Positions 9,863 to 19,365 of a stretch of 64,000 bases of DNA are shown here, piece by piece (positions within the stretch are counted from its first letter, which is position 1; every line of letters starts with the position of its first letter). The notes under the pieces were generated by a model. The model was not told the DNA's origin. It was given only the letters and a program-made list of their open reading frames with translations, and made no database searches. The DNA comes from Klebsiella phage vB_KpM_FBKp34: sequence record MW394390.1; one strand, 5' to 3'. The translations under genes and the position numbers were made by a program.

Positions 9863-10240
9863 GTGAAGATAAATGATCATGAAGTAGATGAAACTGTAGG
9901 CGATGGTGGTGTTGTAGATTATAACTACTTTGCTTGCACCTGTGATCCAGAAGATGAACAGTATTGGAAATCAGCGTTACAAAATTACCTGTTGACATCT
10001 AACACAGATCCTGTTTCAATGTTGATTATGGATTTGCATCACACATATCATACTACAGTAGAATCCATTGGCTGTGATCTGTGGTTTGGAATTTCACTGA
10101 ATGCTTGCTCTGGACATTGGGATATGTTTAAGAACAGATTTGAAATTGAAAAAGAGTGCAGACTATTTATACAGTGTGATCAGGTTTCGCATGGTCTATT
10201 GGCAGCTACTATGATCCTAAAAGAATTAGAATATAACTAA
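9863..10240 (+). CDS. hypothetical protein (GTG start)
   Basis: 125-aa ORF downstream of TTGAAC-N17-TATAGT promoter-like sequence at 9809-9842. Confidence 0.4.
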   Translation: MKINDHEVDETVGDGGVVDYNYFACTCDPEDEQYWKSALQNYLLTSNTDPVSMLIMDLHHTYHTTVESIGCDLWFGISLNACSGHWDMFKNRFEIEKECRLFIQCDQVSHGLLAATMILKELEYN

Positions 10241-10330
10241 GATGAGTAACACAATAAACTTATCAGAGATATTGCTTTCCATCTGGGTTTTTATTATACT
10301 ACTTTGGTTGTTTATCACAGGAGGTAAGTT

Positions 10331-10585
10331 TTGAATGCTTTTGAATTTATTCAAATTGACCACTATAATAGAGTGGTCAACAGTGCAAAAGATTGTATAA
10401 AGCAGCATGGTAAACTACGTTGGTGCAACAGTAAGATTTGTGCTTGTATGGGATGTGCTAACAGGTTTATGTCAGAGGTAGATTATCATGAAGCAATTTC
10501 AATCCCAGAAATTCAAGCTATTACTCCTTTTCCATTCCCTATTGAAGTTTCTATCCCTAATATACTAAAGGAGTTAGACAAGTGA
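10331..10585 (+). CDS. hypothetical Cys-rich protein (TTG start)
   Basis: aggagg 6 nt upstream of TTG. Confidence 0.35.
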   Translation: MNAFEFIQIDHYNRVVNSAKDCIKQHGKLRWCNSKICACMGCANRFMSEVDYHEAISIPEIQAITPFPFPIEVSIPNILKELDK

Positions 10586-10863
10586 ATAACAAGAAAGCCT
10601 CTAAGTTAAAATCACAAGGACGATATAAACATTATAAGAAGTTTGGTTGGTTAGCTAAAATAGCTTATCGTCTACGTGGAGATAAGACTATTCGTCATTA
10701 CCTTAAGACTGGAAAGTATATTCAAATAGAGTCTCCTGAAGCTTATGAACTTGTACCGGGAATGTGGTTTAAAGATCTCTTCATCACGAGTAAGGTTAGG
10801 AAATCTCGTATTAAGAATATTCCCGACGGTGCCAGATTTGTTTGTTCTACGAGGTCAACATGA
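10582..10863 (+). CDS. hypothetical basic protein (GTG start)
   Basis: aaggag RBS. Confidence 0.4.
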   Translation: MNNKKASKLKSQGRYKHYKKFGWLAKIAYRLRGDKTIRHYLKTGKYIQIESPEAYELVPGMWFKDLFITSKVRKSRIKNIPDGARFVCSTRST

Positions 10864-11045
10864 CTATAGAGATAATTGTAATAATTGTATTTATTGTTGC
10901 TGTAGCTTTTATAATGTGAGGTGATATGGATATCATTTCGCTACTCTGGATATTCGTTCTAGTTTGCATCATAGTGATGATCGTGTTTGGGTGGAAGGTG
11001 CTTATTAAAGTACTCGATGTTGTTTTTGATATATTAGATTAGGAG

Positions 11046-11312
11046 ATGATAATGGAAAAACTTAGTGATGAAGATAATTTTAACTTAGTTGCAGATCGAA
11101 TTGAAGCAGAGTATCATGGTGATATTCGTATTCTCATTGAGTCCAACTACAAAGGTGAACTTCACATTGAGGTTCAGGAAGTTGCGGAAGAGGGTGACGA
11201 GGAAGGTGACAACTGGGAAGATATTACCAGTGATGGATGGTTTACCATTAATGAGAAATATCACCTTAAAGGTTATAAAGAAGCAACAGAGTGGCTTGAG
11301 AGACACTACTAG
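11046..11312 (+). CDS. hypothetical acidic protein
   Basis: 88-aa ORF. Confidence 0.45.
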   Translation: MIMEKLSDEDNFNLVADRIEAEYHGDIRILIESNYKGELHIEVQEVAEEGDEEGDNWEDITSDGWFTINEKYHLKGYKEATEWLERHY

Positions 11313-11321
11313 GAGTCCTAA

Positions 11322-11543
11322 TTGAAAGATATCGTTGATACGAATACGCGATGCTGCCCTTACTGTGGTGGCATCTCTGCCCATACAGTTATCACAGAAC
11401 GTTATAGTCTTATTGTAGACTTCACGGGTTTACCATACAGTCAAGCGGATAATAAGATTGTATCTGGAGGAAAGAGGTTTATTTGTGATACTTGTGGAAG
11501 GGATGTATCTAAACTTATTCCAACACTGGAGGTAATGAAGTGA
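11322..11543 (+). CDS. zinc-ribbon protein
   Basis: CCPYCGG ... CDTCG two Cys pairs. Confidence 0.45.
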   Translation: MKDIVDTNTRCCPYCGGISAHTVITERYSLIVDFTGLPYSQADNKIVSGGKRFICDTCGRDVSKLIPTLEVMK

Positions 11544-11974
11544 TAGATTATATGGATTGGGATGAAAAACTTACTGTGATGGATATCCCTAGGCTATTAG
11601 TTGTATATAAAGAGGGTACAAAAACCAGACAAGAGTTAATATCATTACATAAACTTAAAAGCTTTGTTTTCTATAGTGATGAATCAGAGCTGCGTATGCG
11701 GATCTGTGGTTTCCAGTTAGGTGGCATCATAGTTGAAGAAGGAGCTAATCTGAATTATTATAATTTTAGATATGCTCTTACTAGATTAGCCTCTCCAAGT
11801 GAACATTTTATATTTTCAATGAACAATCAACATTTGTCTAGACTTAATGATATCTATGAAGAGTATATTGCAAGTGCAGTAGATTATGACAAGATAGAAA
11901 GAATGAAGGCAAGAATCATGTTATACCGAGATGGTGAATTTAGGTCTATTAAATCAAGTGAATGGTGGGGATAA
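11540..11974 (+). CDS. hypothetical protein
   Basis: 144-aa ORF. Confidence 0.45.
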   Translation: MIDYMDWDEKLTVMDIPRLLVVYKEGTKTRQELISLHKLKSFVFYSDESELRMRICGFQLGGIIVEEGANLNYYNFRYALTRLASPSEHFIFSMNNQHLSRLNDIYEEYIASAVDYDKIERMKARIMLYRDGEFRSIKSSEWWG

Positions 11975-12144
11975 TTATGTACAAGATTTTAGTCGTCATT
12001 ACTAAGAAAGACGGTTACGCAGTGTCAGATCACTTCGCTATCACCAGCCAGGTTATAGACTTCGATACTAAAGAAGAAGCTGATATAGCGCACTCTTCTA
12101 TAGCATATCAAGAAGGTTATGAAGTGAATAAACTTTACAAATAA
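11962..12144 (+). CDS. hypothetical protein
   Basis: 60-aa ORF. Confidence 0.35.
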   Translation: MVGIIMYKILVVITKKDGYAVSDHFAITSQVIDFDTKEEADIAHSSIAYQEGYEVNKLYK

Positions 12145-12159
12145 CAAAAGGATTATAAC

Positions 12160-12567
12160 ATGAAATATCAACATATTAAAATTGACATGGATTATTGCGC
12201 TGATCCACTTTGGGTTAGTGTAGATGGGATACACTTTGTAAATGATAGTCTATCTGAATATGAAGACAGACTTTCAAAAGAGTTACTGCACGGTTTATCA
12301 CTCTATCGAGATATTTGGGAGTTGTCTAAGTGGTCAAAGTTTAAATCACCTTCAGATGAGTTTAAAGATGTTGGTTATGAGGATTCACTGGAAGATTTGA
12401 TTAAAGAAATGGAAATCCATTTGGCAGTTAGACTTAAAACTGAAATGCCTGATTACCATATCTATTATTGTAAGTATTACCCTGAAAGAGAGTGTGGTCA
12501 TCAATATGAGAATGTTGAGATCACTTTTGAGAAACCGACTGGCATCTATAGAACTTTAGTAAACTAA
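12160..12567 (+). CDS. hypothetical protein
   Basis: 135-aa ORF, last gene of + block. Confidence 0.5.
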   Translation: MKYQHIKIDMDYCADPLWVSVDGIHFVNDSLSEYEDRLSKELLHGLSLYRDIWELSKWSKFKSPSDEFKDVGYEDSLEDLIKEMEIHLAVRLKTEMPDYHIYYCKYYPERECGHQYENVEITFEKPTGIYRTLVN

Positions 12568-12577
12568 TTAATAAGTA

Positions 12578-12603
12578 GGTTGATCTTTATGGTCAACCTT
12601 GTT
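12578..12603 (+). terminator. hairpin GGTTGA-N9-TCAACC + T-rich tail
   Basis: 6-bp stem directly after stop of 12160..12567. Confidence 0.45.
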
Positions 12604-12811
12604 ATAGTCATATTAAGCAATAGGTGCTGATGCTGCACGAAACAACCACCAGTCTTGCCCGTGATACGGGTGAACTAAAGTTCATCACATTTGTGACAAA
12701 CCTGTTCGTTATTTATATTATTAGATTTATTTAATCAGCGTAGCGTATATCTTATTTTACTAATGATTAATAGTCAAATTAACCACTAATTAATAGTCAA
12801 TTTCACTAACC

Positions 12812-13083
12812 CCTATTTTCCACGCGATTTCACACCCCTCCCCCAAATTTCAGAATTAAAAATGGGGGCGTACCATTTAAAATATCCTCCCAGAAAATAT
12901 CCTTATCCTTATGATTTTATTAATAAAAGACACAACCCTCCCAGAAATCTTATCTTTCCTAGCTCTATATCCGAGGTGCTTAGTGGCCCAAGTTGTGCCA
13001 GATTTTGGATCATAATAATTTCAAAATATCAAGTAAAATAAAAAATATATTTCCTCGCAGTTTCTTGACATTTTCCACGAGTT
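12812..13083. repeat. iteron-like direct repeats (ATTTTCCACGxGxTTC at 12812-12832 and 13063-13083; CCCTCCCAGAAA at 12885-12897 and 12938-12950)
   Basis: seen directly; non-coding. Confidence 0.5.
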
Positions 13084-13488
13084 CTGCTCTAAAACAATTA
13101 CTGAATGATAATGCTTCTCATTCAAGGTTTATAACAGGTCAACCGCCTGTTTGATAACTGTTACACGTAGGATCCTCGCGCTTTCTGTCGGCTCTGCGAC
13201 ATCGCGCAATCAATAACAAATACGAATTATTATCAGATTTAGAATGATTCTCATTCATGATCAAGTGAGAATAAATCTCATTTGCGTTTACGCATAAGAA
13301 AAATTTTTTGAAAAGGTGCTTTGTCAAGTGAAAAGAGAAAATCTTGTTTAGTATTTTAATGGATTTGCACACATAAATTTTATTAAAAGTAAAGATATTT
13401 ATAACATTATCCATTATATTCTTGACAAATCATTATCGAACATATTTTATTACGTAGCAATTGATTGCAAGTCCAATCATTCAGAAAA

Positions 13489-13666
13489 CGAACATATATA
13501 GAGTAAAGGGAGACTTAAAGCTTTCAGTTGAAAGCTTTTAGGATCACTCTCTATATTGTTCGATAATTTATAAGGTGAGATATTCTCTCATAATGTTCTC
13601 AAGCGAACAATATAGAGAGGAACTCACGACCAAAGGGAGAGTGTTACTTTACTCTATATATGTTCG
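13489..13666. promoter_or_regulatory. nested inverted repeats: 20-bp arms 13489-13508/13647-13666 and 16-bp arms 13547-13562/13604-13619 (shared CGAACAaTATAGAG core); internal AAAGCTTTC-N5-GAAAGCTTT hairpin and TGAGA-N5-TCTCA palindrome at 13576-13590
   Basis: perfect complementarity verified by eye. Confidence 0.7.
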
Positions 13667-14289
13667 CTCCTCGTTAAAACTTCGTCGCGAACATTTTTAT
13701 TTGAAAAGAGAAATTAAAGTTTTTATTCTATTATTTAAAGCAAATATATTTAAATCTTTAAATGAATATAAAAGCATTCTCTCTATAGAATATGCAATAG
13801 ATCTTGATTTAATATTTAATGTTTTAATAATGTGATCTGTTTTCAATAGTGCCATAAATACCTCCTATTAGTTTTAATTGTTTATAATAACATAATTTAA
13901 ATAAATATTGCAATCGGGAACCGTTATTTATTGCTTCGCAATTTATAAGTAATGAATGATTAGTTTTCTAATTGGTTTATAGTTTATTATATAGAATTGA
14001 ATAGAGTTAGACAGATTAGAGTTAATGAGAATTGATCTTACTTATGCAATAAAGTGAATAATTATACATACTTAGATGAGAATAGTTATTATTTAACTTA
14101 TTTCAATCAAAAGTTGTAAAATAAGCTCTGTTTTATATAGTCATATAGGCTTTAAAGCTCCTGTAATCCATTCTAAGAGGTGCAAGTCTTACCCCTGGCA
14201 CTTGGTCAACCTTGCTTAGAAAACCTCATAACGCGATTTATTCATTTTTCTGCTGTGAATGATTTCAATAGATAAAAGCTATCAAGGAT

Positions 14290-14322
14290 CAGGAGACAAA
14301 AGAAAGGGCGCTTTGTGCGCCC
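14290..14322 (-). terminator. rho-independent terminator (GGGCGC-ACAAA-GCGCCC then T-rich on minus strand)
   Basis: downstream of 14339..14707. Confidence 0.6.
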
Positions 14323-14338
14323 TATTTGAAATGGTGTT

Positions 14339-14707
14339 TTATTTGTATGCTGGATCGTTTGTAATGTCGATCCAATGAGATAAATCAATAATTCCTTTTT
14401 CTTTCATCTTCTCTAACAAGCGTTCTGCGCGGGTAGTGTTATTGATATAATAATCAAAGGTTTCTCCGGTTTCTTCGTCCTCTAACGTTTCGATTCGACC
14501 GATGATCACGCGATCCATGGCGTAAACTTTGCCAGTGTACCAGTTTGTAAGATGAATTTCACACTTATAATCATCTGACCCGCTGTCAATGGTTACAACG
14601 TCGATTAAATCACCTTTGAAAACAGAAAGTGACCACATCGGATCATGATCTACTACGCCGCCAAAATCTTTACCTTTGATAGTAGTATTCAGATTGATGA
14701 TAGCCAT
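14339..14707 (-). CDS. hypothetical protein
   Basis: 122-aa ORF, protein-like composition. Confidence 0.5.
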   Translation of the reverse strand: MAIINLNTTIKGKDFGGVVDHDPMWSLSVFKGDLIDVVTIDSGSDDYKCEIHLTNWYTGKVYAMDRVIIGRIETLEDEETGETFDYYINNTTRAERLLEKMKEKGIIDLSHWIDITNDPAYK

Positions 14708-14775
14708 TTTCGTTTATCCTATGTAAGTTTATTGTCGGGGCGCTTATCACGCCCTGGATTGTTAGTCTATTTTAA

Positions 14776-15144
14776 TTAGAATGTTGCACGTTTAATTTTT
14801 AATACTTCTACTGTATAACCTAAACTTAAATACAGTTCTTTAACTTCTTTATAACGTCCAGGAAAATTACCGCATTTCATTGCAAAATCTGCGTTATTAG
14901 TCAATCGCCATTCTTTTGATCCTGGTGCTGTGCGGATATCTGATACAAACAAACGTTTGTTGTTTTTAGTCACAATCACCAGATCTTCGCCTGTTGGTTC
15001 CTCTTCGATCTCTACTACAGAATAGAAATTAACACGGGCACTATTAAGAATACGGCAAGCCTCTTTTGCTTGCTCTTTTGTTGTAAAACGTGAATCTAAA
15101 ATTGTTTCTTTAAAAGTTAAAGTAGTGCATTTAATAGCAAACAT
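14776..15144 (-). CDS. hypothetical protein
   Basis: 122-aa ORF. Confidence 0.5.
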   Translation of the reverse strand: MFAIKCTTLTFKETILDSRFTTKEQAKEACRILNSARVNFYSVVEIEEEPTGEDLVIVTKNNKRLFVSDIRTAPGSKEWRLTNNADFAMKCGNFPGRYKEVKELYLSLGYTVEVLKIKRATF

Positions 15145-15508
15145 GTTAGTTACCTCGTTAAGTTAATTTCGTATTCCTGCCCTACGAGATAAATAATAGC
15201 ATAACTGATATTTCATGCAAGAGTAGATTTGTAAAGAACTGTAAAGAAAACAATCATATGTGAATAGCACACTATAAAATCTTTGTCAAATTTATTTTCA
15301 AGTCCTGTATAAACATACATACCTTTAAAACGCTCTAGAATCGATTTTAAGCGCTTTTGTGTCCGGGCAATACCCTAGCTCATAAACAAATAGATCTCAC
15401 TAATAAGAATTTTTCTCATTTAGAAATTAAAGTTGGCACGATGTTTGTTGCGAGTAATTCTCATTTGAAGGGAGGCGTCCAGGTTCGGTTAGCTTCGCTG
15501 AATGGCAG

Positions 15509-15528
15509 GCAGGTTCGGTGTTTGTCTC
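15509..15528. repeat. 20-bp element GAGACAAACACCGAACCTGC (minus orientation); inverted partner at 25162-25181
   Basis: exact 20/20 match in inverted orientation; adjacent AACCGAACCTG half-copy at 15481-15491. Confidence 0.7.
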
Positions 15529-15559
15529 CCCCTGCATCAGGTGCCATAGCCTATAAAGA

Positions 15560-15593
15560 TAATAGCAAAACCAGGGCAAAAAGCAAGCCCTGG
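15560..15593 (-). terminator. rho-independent terminator (CCAGGGC-loop-GCCCTGG + TTTTGC on minus)
   Basis: downstream of 15605..15892. Confidence 0.6.
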
Positions 15594-15604
15594 AATTGTA
15601 AAGA

Positions 15605-15892
15605 TTAAATCTCTTCTTTGGCATTATTGAACTTTGAATCACCATAACCATCGCGATAATGGATATTTTCCCTTTGAGATTCATCAAAAGGTTTACCGTT
15701 TACAAAATCATTCCATCCATCATCGTAATATTTCATATTTACGGGGTTTATTTCTTCAACCTTTTTGATCAGTGAGTCAACCTCTTTTAAGTGCTGTTGA
15801 AATTCTCCATTCGTTTCAAATGGTTCTCTCATATTACGGGGATAATCTTTTAACACTTTTAACAACAATGCTTTTTCTTTTACTGTAAACAT
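15605..15892 (-). CDS. hypothetical protein
   Basis: 95-aa ORF. Confidence 0.5.
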   Translation of the reverse strand: MFTVKEKALLLKVLKDYPRNMREPFETNGEFQQHLKEVDSLIKKVEEINPVNMKYYDDGWNDFVNGKPFDESQRENIHYRDGYGDSKFNNAKEEI

Positions 15893-15902
15893 AATATTTA
15901 CC

Positions 15903-16088
15903 TCAAAAATAATAAACGTCGTCAGTTACATGGATGATAACCTGATTAGATTTAAAGTCAACCGAAAATTCACTTGCATAATAGTTCGCTGTTTCCGTTG
16001 TAATAGTGTGCGCCCCTATCGGATTGATGGGGGATGTGATTTCCTCTAACGTGTTGCCCTTTGCACTTACGATCAGAATGTTGAACAT
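15903..16088 (-). CDS. hypothetical protein
   Basis: 61-aa ORF. Confidence 0.4.
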   Translation of the reverse strand: MFNILIVSAKGNTLEEITSPINPIGAHTITTETANYYASEFSVDFKSNQVIIHVTDDVYYF

Positions 16089-16133
16089 GTTATCACCTCA
16101 AAGGTGGGGAACCGTAGCGGCTCCCCTTATTGG

Positions 16134-16493
16134 TTAAATGGCTGTTTCCAGGAGTTTAGCCAAATCACTAATTAAAGCGTAAGGCTTGACAATTTCGAAT
16201 TTACCGGATTTAAAGATTTCCGCTTTCATTTCGTCATGTTCTGCCTTTGTCAAGGTGAAACGCCCCTCGCTATGGTGCGCCCAATATTTACCGCTTACGC
16301 GCTCAAAAGATACGCTTTCAATGGTAATAATATTCATCATTTCCGCCGCTACGCTCTCTACGCGAACCATCAGATCAGCTAACGAGGATACGCACACCGC
16401 GCCGCTTTCGTTGTATGTGCCATTGTTGGCATCAGTGAAAGTGATCAGGGATTTACCTTCTTTGATGGTTACTGGAAAAGTTACGTTTTTCAT
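16134..16493 (-). CDS. hypothetical protein
   Basis: 119-aa ORF preceded on minus strand by promoter and 5'-UTR hairpin GCGGGA-N5-TCCCGC. Confidence 0.5.
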   Translation of the reverse strand: MKNVTFPVTIKEGKSLITFTDANNGTYNESGAVCVSSLADLMVRVESVAAEMMNIITIESVSFERVSGKYWAHHSEGRFTLTKAEHDEMKAEIFKSGKFEIVKPYALISDLAKLLETAI

Positions 16494-16544
16494 GATGTTA
16501 CCCTTTGAGGATTGAGCGGGAGAAGTTCCCGCCCTTCAAAGTAA

Positions 16545-16572
16545 CTATAGCAAACGGCGATCAGCGTTGCAA
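16545..16572 (-). promoter_or_regulatory. sigma70-like promoter TTGCAA-N17-TATAGT
   Basis: reads on minus strand toward 16134..16493. Confidence 0.5.
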
Positions 16573-16578
16573 GCGTTT

Positions 16579-16962
16579 TTAAAAATAAATAAAACCATCG
16601 TCGCCAACATAAACAGATAATTCTTTATATTCAGTAGCGCGATCTGTTAATGCATCACCGATAACGCCATAACCACGATCCCAGAATCCAGCCCCGTGAC
16701 CGTTTCGGGTAAGCCAAAAGTCATGCCCAGCGCTAGAATAACCATCTAGATTTTTATAAACCTGAGATAACAAAGCTTTGTTATCTCGAATAAAAGAGAG
16801 ACAATCTTTTCTTACTTGATCCATAGTGCAATCAGCTAAAGGGTAATTTACTAGATTGCCTATTTCGTTTTCTTCTCCACCTTCAGAATAGCTACTCCAT
16901 AACATACATTCAATGTAACCATTGATAAAGGCGCTTTCATTCATACCATAAAATTCTAACAT
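16579..16962 (-). CDS. hypothetical protein
   Basis: 127-aa ORF. Confidence 0.5.
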   Translation of the reverse strand: MLEFYGMNESAFINGYIECMLWSSYSEGGEENEIGNLVNYPLADCTMDQVRKDCLSFIRDNKALLSQVYKNLDGYSSAGHDFWLTRNGHGAGFWDRGYGVIGDALTDRATEYKELSVYVGDDGFIYF

Positions 16963-17184
16963 GATAACTATTCCTGTTAACGGTTTTTGTGAGAGTAAAC
17001 ATAACCATTCTGACCAGATCCGGCGCGGCTCTTACGTTTGCCTTTCTTGCCTTTACCGCCAAATAGAGCGCTTAAAACAACAAAGATAATAAAAGCTGTT
17101 ACAAGTCCCATTTTCTTCCCTCCGGTTAATTTTCTTTCTATAAAGATAATAACACAGAGAGATATTCTGTTTTAGCAAAAAGTG

Positions 17185-17535
17185 CTATTCATCACCACAA
17201 AATTCTATTCCACTGGATGACCCACAACGGTTACAATAGTAATCATTGCAATCGTGATCACGCTTAACATTATCAGGGTTAAGGCTTGCAATTGCATCCT
17301 GTAAAGCGAAAATTGTTTCCAGGTCGGCGCGGTTTTCCAAGATGAAACTATGACTTTTCATTTTATCACGAATAAAATTTCCAGTATGATCACTATGCAA
17401 ACGGTCAACAAAAGCCCCTAGCAGGTTTTCGCCATGCTCTTTAAGTTTGGCATAACCTTTGCACTCAATCACGCCGTGAGCGCTTTTAATGGTGTAAATT
17501 GTTACCGCTTCAATGTTGAATTTTTCCGCTGCCAT
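17185..17535 (-). CDS. hypothetical protein with Cys-rich C-terminus
   Basis: CNDYYCNRCG...CGDE tail. Confidence 0.45.
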   Translation of the reverse strand: MAAEKFNIEAVTIYTIKSAHGVIECKGYAKLKEHGENLLGAFVDRLHSDHTGNFIRDKMKSHSFILENRADLETIFALQDAIASLNPDNVKRDHDCNDYYCNRCGSSSGIEFCGDE

Positions 17536-17538
17536 TGT

Positions 17539-17832
17539 TTAGCCCTCTAAGGTTGGCAAGTGTTCCGGTGTAGGCTCTAACATAACACGGGTTACATACG
17601 CAAGCAAGCTATTTATTGCCCCTTTTGTTGTATTATATTTCTCTGCAATCTCTGCTGGCAACATGCCGCCATATTTATGTAAGGCGCGGATCTCTAACAC
17701 CTGCTGATCTGTCCAAGTTGTTTTGCGCCCTCGCATATCTTGCTTAGGCTCTTTTCGTTTGTACGGTTCAACACTGATCGCCATATTAACGAGGGATTGA
17801 CGTAATTTTAAATTTTTGTTAGATTGTAACAT
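17539..17832 (-). CDS. putative HTH DNA-binding protein
   Basis: basic N-terminus plus helix-turn-helix-like LPAEIAEKYNTTKGAINSLL. Confidence 0.4.
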   Translation of the reverse strand: MLQSNKNLKLRQSLVNMAISVEPYKRKEPKQDMRGRKTTWTDQQVLEIRALHKYGGMLPAEIAEKYNTTKGAINSLLAYVTRVMLEPTPEHLPTLEG

Positions 17833-17877
17833 TTTTCACCCGTTTAACATTGGCGGCATTGCTGCCGCCTTTGTAGC

Positions 17878-18177
17878 TCATCGTTTCATAAAGTCAATAG
17901 CGCTTGATAATTTATTTACGCCTTGCTTTATTTGTTCTGAGATAAGATAATAATTCTTATCTTTCATTGGTGCAAGCATTATTTTCTTAATCTCCGCTTT
18001 ATATTTCGCGTTAACCTTTGCACCCATATTGTAACCGCTGATTGCCTTCTCAATGGTGGCTAACTGCTGGTTATGATTCTTATAAATGAATTCAGGTTTA
18101 AACTCCTGGCGCTGGCAAGCGATCAAAGTGTTGTTGGCAATAGCGCGTAAAGTTGAAAGGAGTTGTAAAGGTTGCAT
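17878..18177 (-). CDS. hypothetical protein
   Basis: 99-aa ORF. Confidence 0.45.
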   Translation of the reverse strand: MQPLQLLSTLRAIANNTLIACQRQEFKPEFIYKNHNQQLATIEKAISGYNMGAKVNAKYKAEIKKIMLAPMKDKNYYLISEQIKQGVNKLSSAIDFMKR

Positions 18178-18267
18178 GTTAAATCCCCGTTATGTGTCGG
18201 GAACCATTCCCGCCCACAAAACAAGGATAGCAAAACGCCCCAGGGAGATCAAGCCCCAGGGCGCAAA

Positions 18268-18516
18268 TTAATTTAATCCGGCATTGTCCCATTCGTAGCG
18301 GTCGCCATGTAATTTCGTACCGCAACAATCACATTTGGCAATAGAAAAACCTTTATTCTCGCCCACTGATCCATATTTATAATGGCTTGTCAAGCGCTGC
18401 GCATGATATTTTATATGCTCTTCCTGCTCTTCCAGTACATCAGGCGGTAACTCCCCATTAGACAGGTAAAGGGCGCAATCCTCGCAGATCAGGATGTTTT
18501 CGATTTTCTCGCTCAT
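18268..18516 (-). CDS. zinc-finger protein (CxxC...CxCC)
   Basis: ICEDC ... CDCCG. Confidence 0.45.
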   Translation of the reverse strand: MSEKIENILICEDCALYLSNGELPPDVLEEQEEHIKYHAQRLTSHYKYGSVGENKGFSIAKCDCCGTKLHGDRYEWDNAGLN

Positions 18517-18545
18517 GAGTTATTCTCTTTTGTTGGTGTAGCGCC

Positions 18546-18575
18546 ATTATGCGCCCTTATCGGGCGCGTTGTCAA
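18546..18575 (-). promoter_or_regulatory. conserved promoter unit C: TTGACA-N18-CATAAT with GCGCCC/GGGCGC hairpin in spacer
   Basis: about 45-bp unit also at 18840-18895 and 23540-23600. Confidence 0.55.
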
Positions 18576-18577
18576 AT

Positions 18578-18802
18578 TTATTTAGCTTTACGCTTCATAA
18601 CCTTGATCGCTTTAATGCCTTTTTGTTCGAAAAATTCCGGGCTTCGCAGTTGCGCAGCGCTGCTACGGCTTTTCACTTTATTAGACAATACACCGTAGTA
18701 AGTACCATCAGGATATTGACCGATAAAGTAATGATCTTGGATGCCATACTTTGCATCACCTGCTTTTTCAATCGCTGTTGCCAGTCTGTCTAAATCGAAC
18801 AT
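18578..18802 (-). CDS. hypothetical basic protein
   Basis: minus-frame is more protein-like than the antisense track ORF 18569..18793. Confidence 0.4.
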   Translation of the reverse strand: MFDLDRLATAIEKAGDAKYGIQDHYFIGQYPDGTYYGVLSNKVKSRSSAAQLRSPEFFEQKGIKAIKVMKRKAK

Positions 18803-18853
18803 AATGGAATCTCTCTCATTTAGCGGGGAACCGCTCCCCGCTCTATGTGATGA

Positions 18854-18882
18854 ATTATGCGCCCTTTCCTTGGGCGCGTCAA
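18854..18882 (-). promoter_or_regulatory. conserved promoter unit A: TTGACG-N17-CATAAT, spacer = CGCCC-AAGGAAA-GGGCG hairpin
   Basis: 38-bp identical to unit B. Confidence 0.55.
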
Positions 18883-18891
18883 CTATTATTT

Positions 18892-19365
18892 TTAGTAGTT
18901 TGTCACATTTTCAGGGTTAAGGAATGGGAAGTGATGATCCAACGTTAGGCCGTCCCATTGTGATAAATTGTGCTCCGCTGTACGCTTCACCGCTAAACCC
19001 TGTTCAATTTTAGCGGCGGCGTTGTCGATCAACTCCTGGCACATAGTACGCGCTTTCATCAGGAAAGCGGATTCACCAGGATAAGACTGTAAATGATCCA
19101 TTTCCTCAAGTGCTGACATATAATCACGAAATGCTTCGCTTGCTAATTGTTGACCATCGCCAAATTTTGAATGATGGTAAAAAAAGCTTGTTTTATCTAA
19201 ATAGCGCTCTTGACATTGAACCCGATCAGTATAGGTAATTACACCGTTTTCAAGTTCGATTTGACCAGATTCAAAAGTTTTAACAACCGTTAACAGCTTA
19301 CGATCATTGAAACAATCAATAACTTTTTGACCTACGCAGAATTTATTCATGATAGCCATTCTCAT
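18892..19365 (-). CDS. hypothetical protein
   Basis: 157-aa ORF; TTGACT-N16-TATGAT upstream (about 19405-19440). Confidence 0.5.
   Translation of the reverse strand: MRMAIMNKFCVGQKVIDCFNDRKLLTVVKTFESGQIELENGVITYTDRVQCQERYLDKTSFFYHHSKFGDGQQLASEAFRDYMSALEEMDHLQSYPGESAFLMKARTMCQELIDNAAAKIEQGLAVKRTAEHNLSQWDGLTLDHHFPFLNPENVTNY

Noticed and set aside
13139-13835. Track ORFs 13139..13414 (-) and 13575..13835 (+)
   Set aside because: They have low-complexity, stop-poor AT-rich composition, span palindromes and iterons, and have no RBS. I treat them as non-coding regulatory DNA.
15357-15687. ORFs 15357..15608 (+) and 15427..15687 (-), considered as coding or as an sRNA
   Set aside because: They overlap the terminator and the 20-bp inverted-repeat element and have no RBS. 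They are more likely structured non-coding DNA, though an sRNA remains possible.
18569-18793. Plus-strand ORF 18569..18793
   Set aside because: It is antisense to 18578..18802, which fits the island's uniform minus-strand polarity and has promoter unit A directly upstream.
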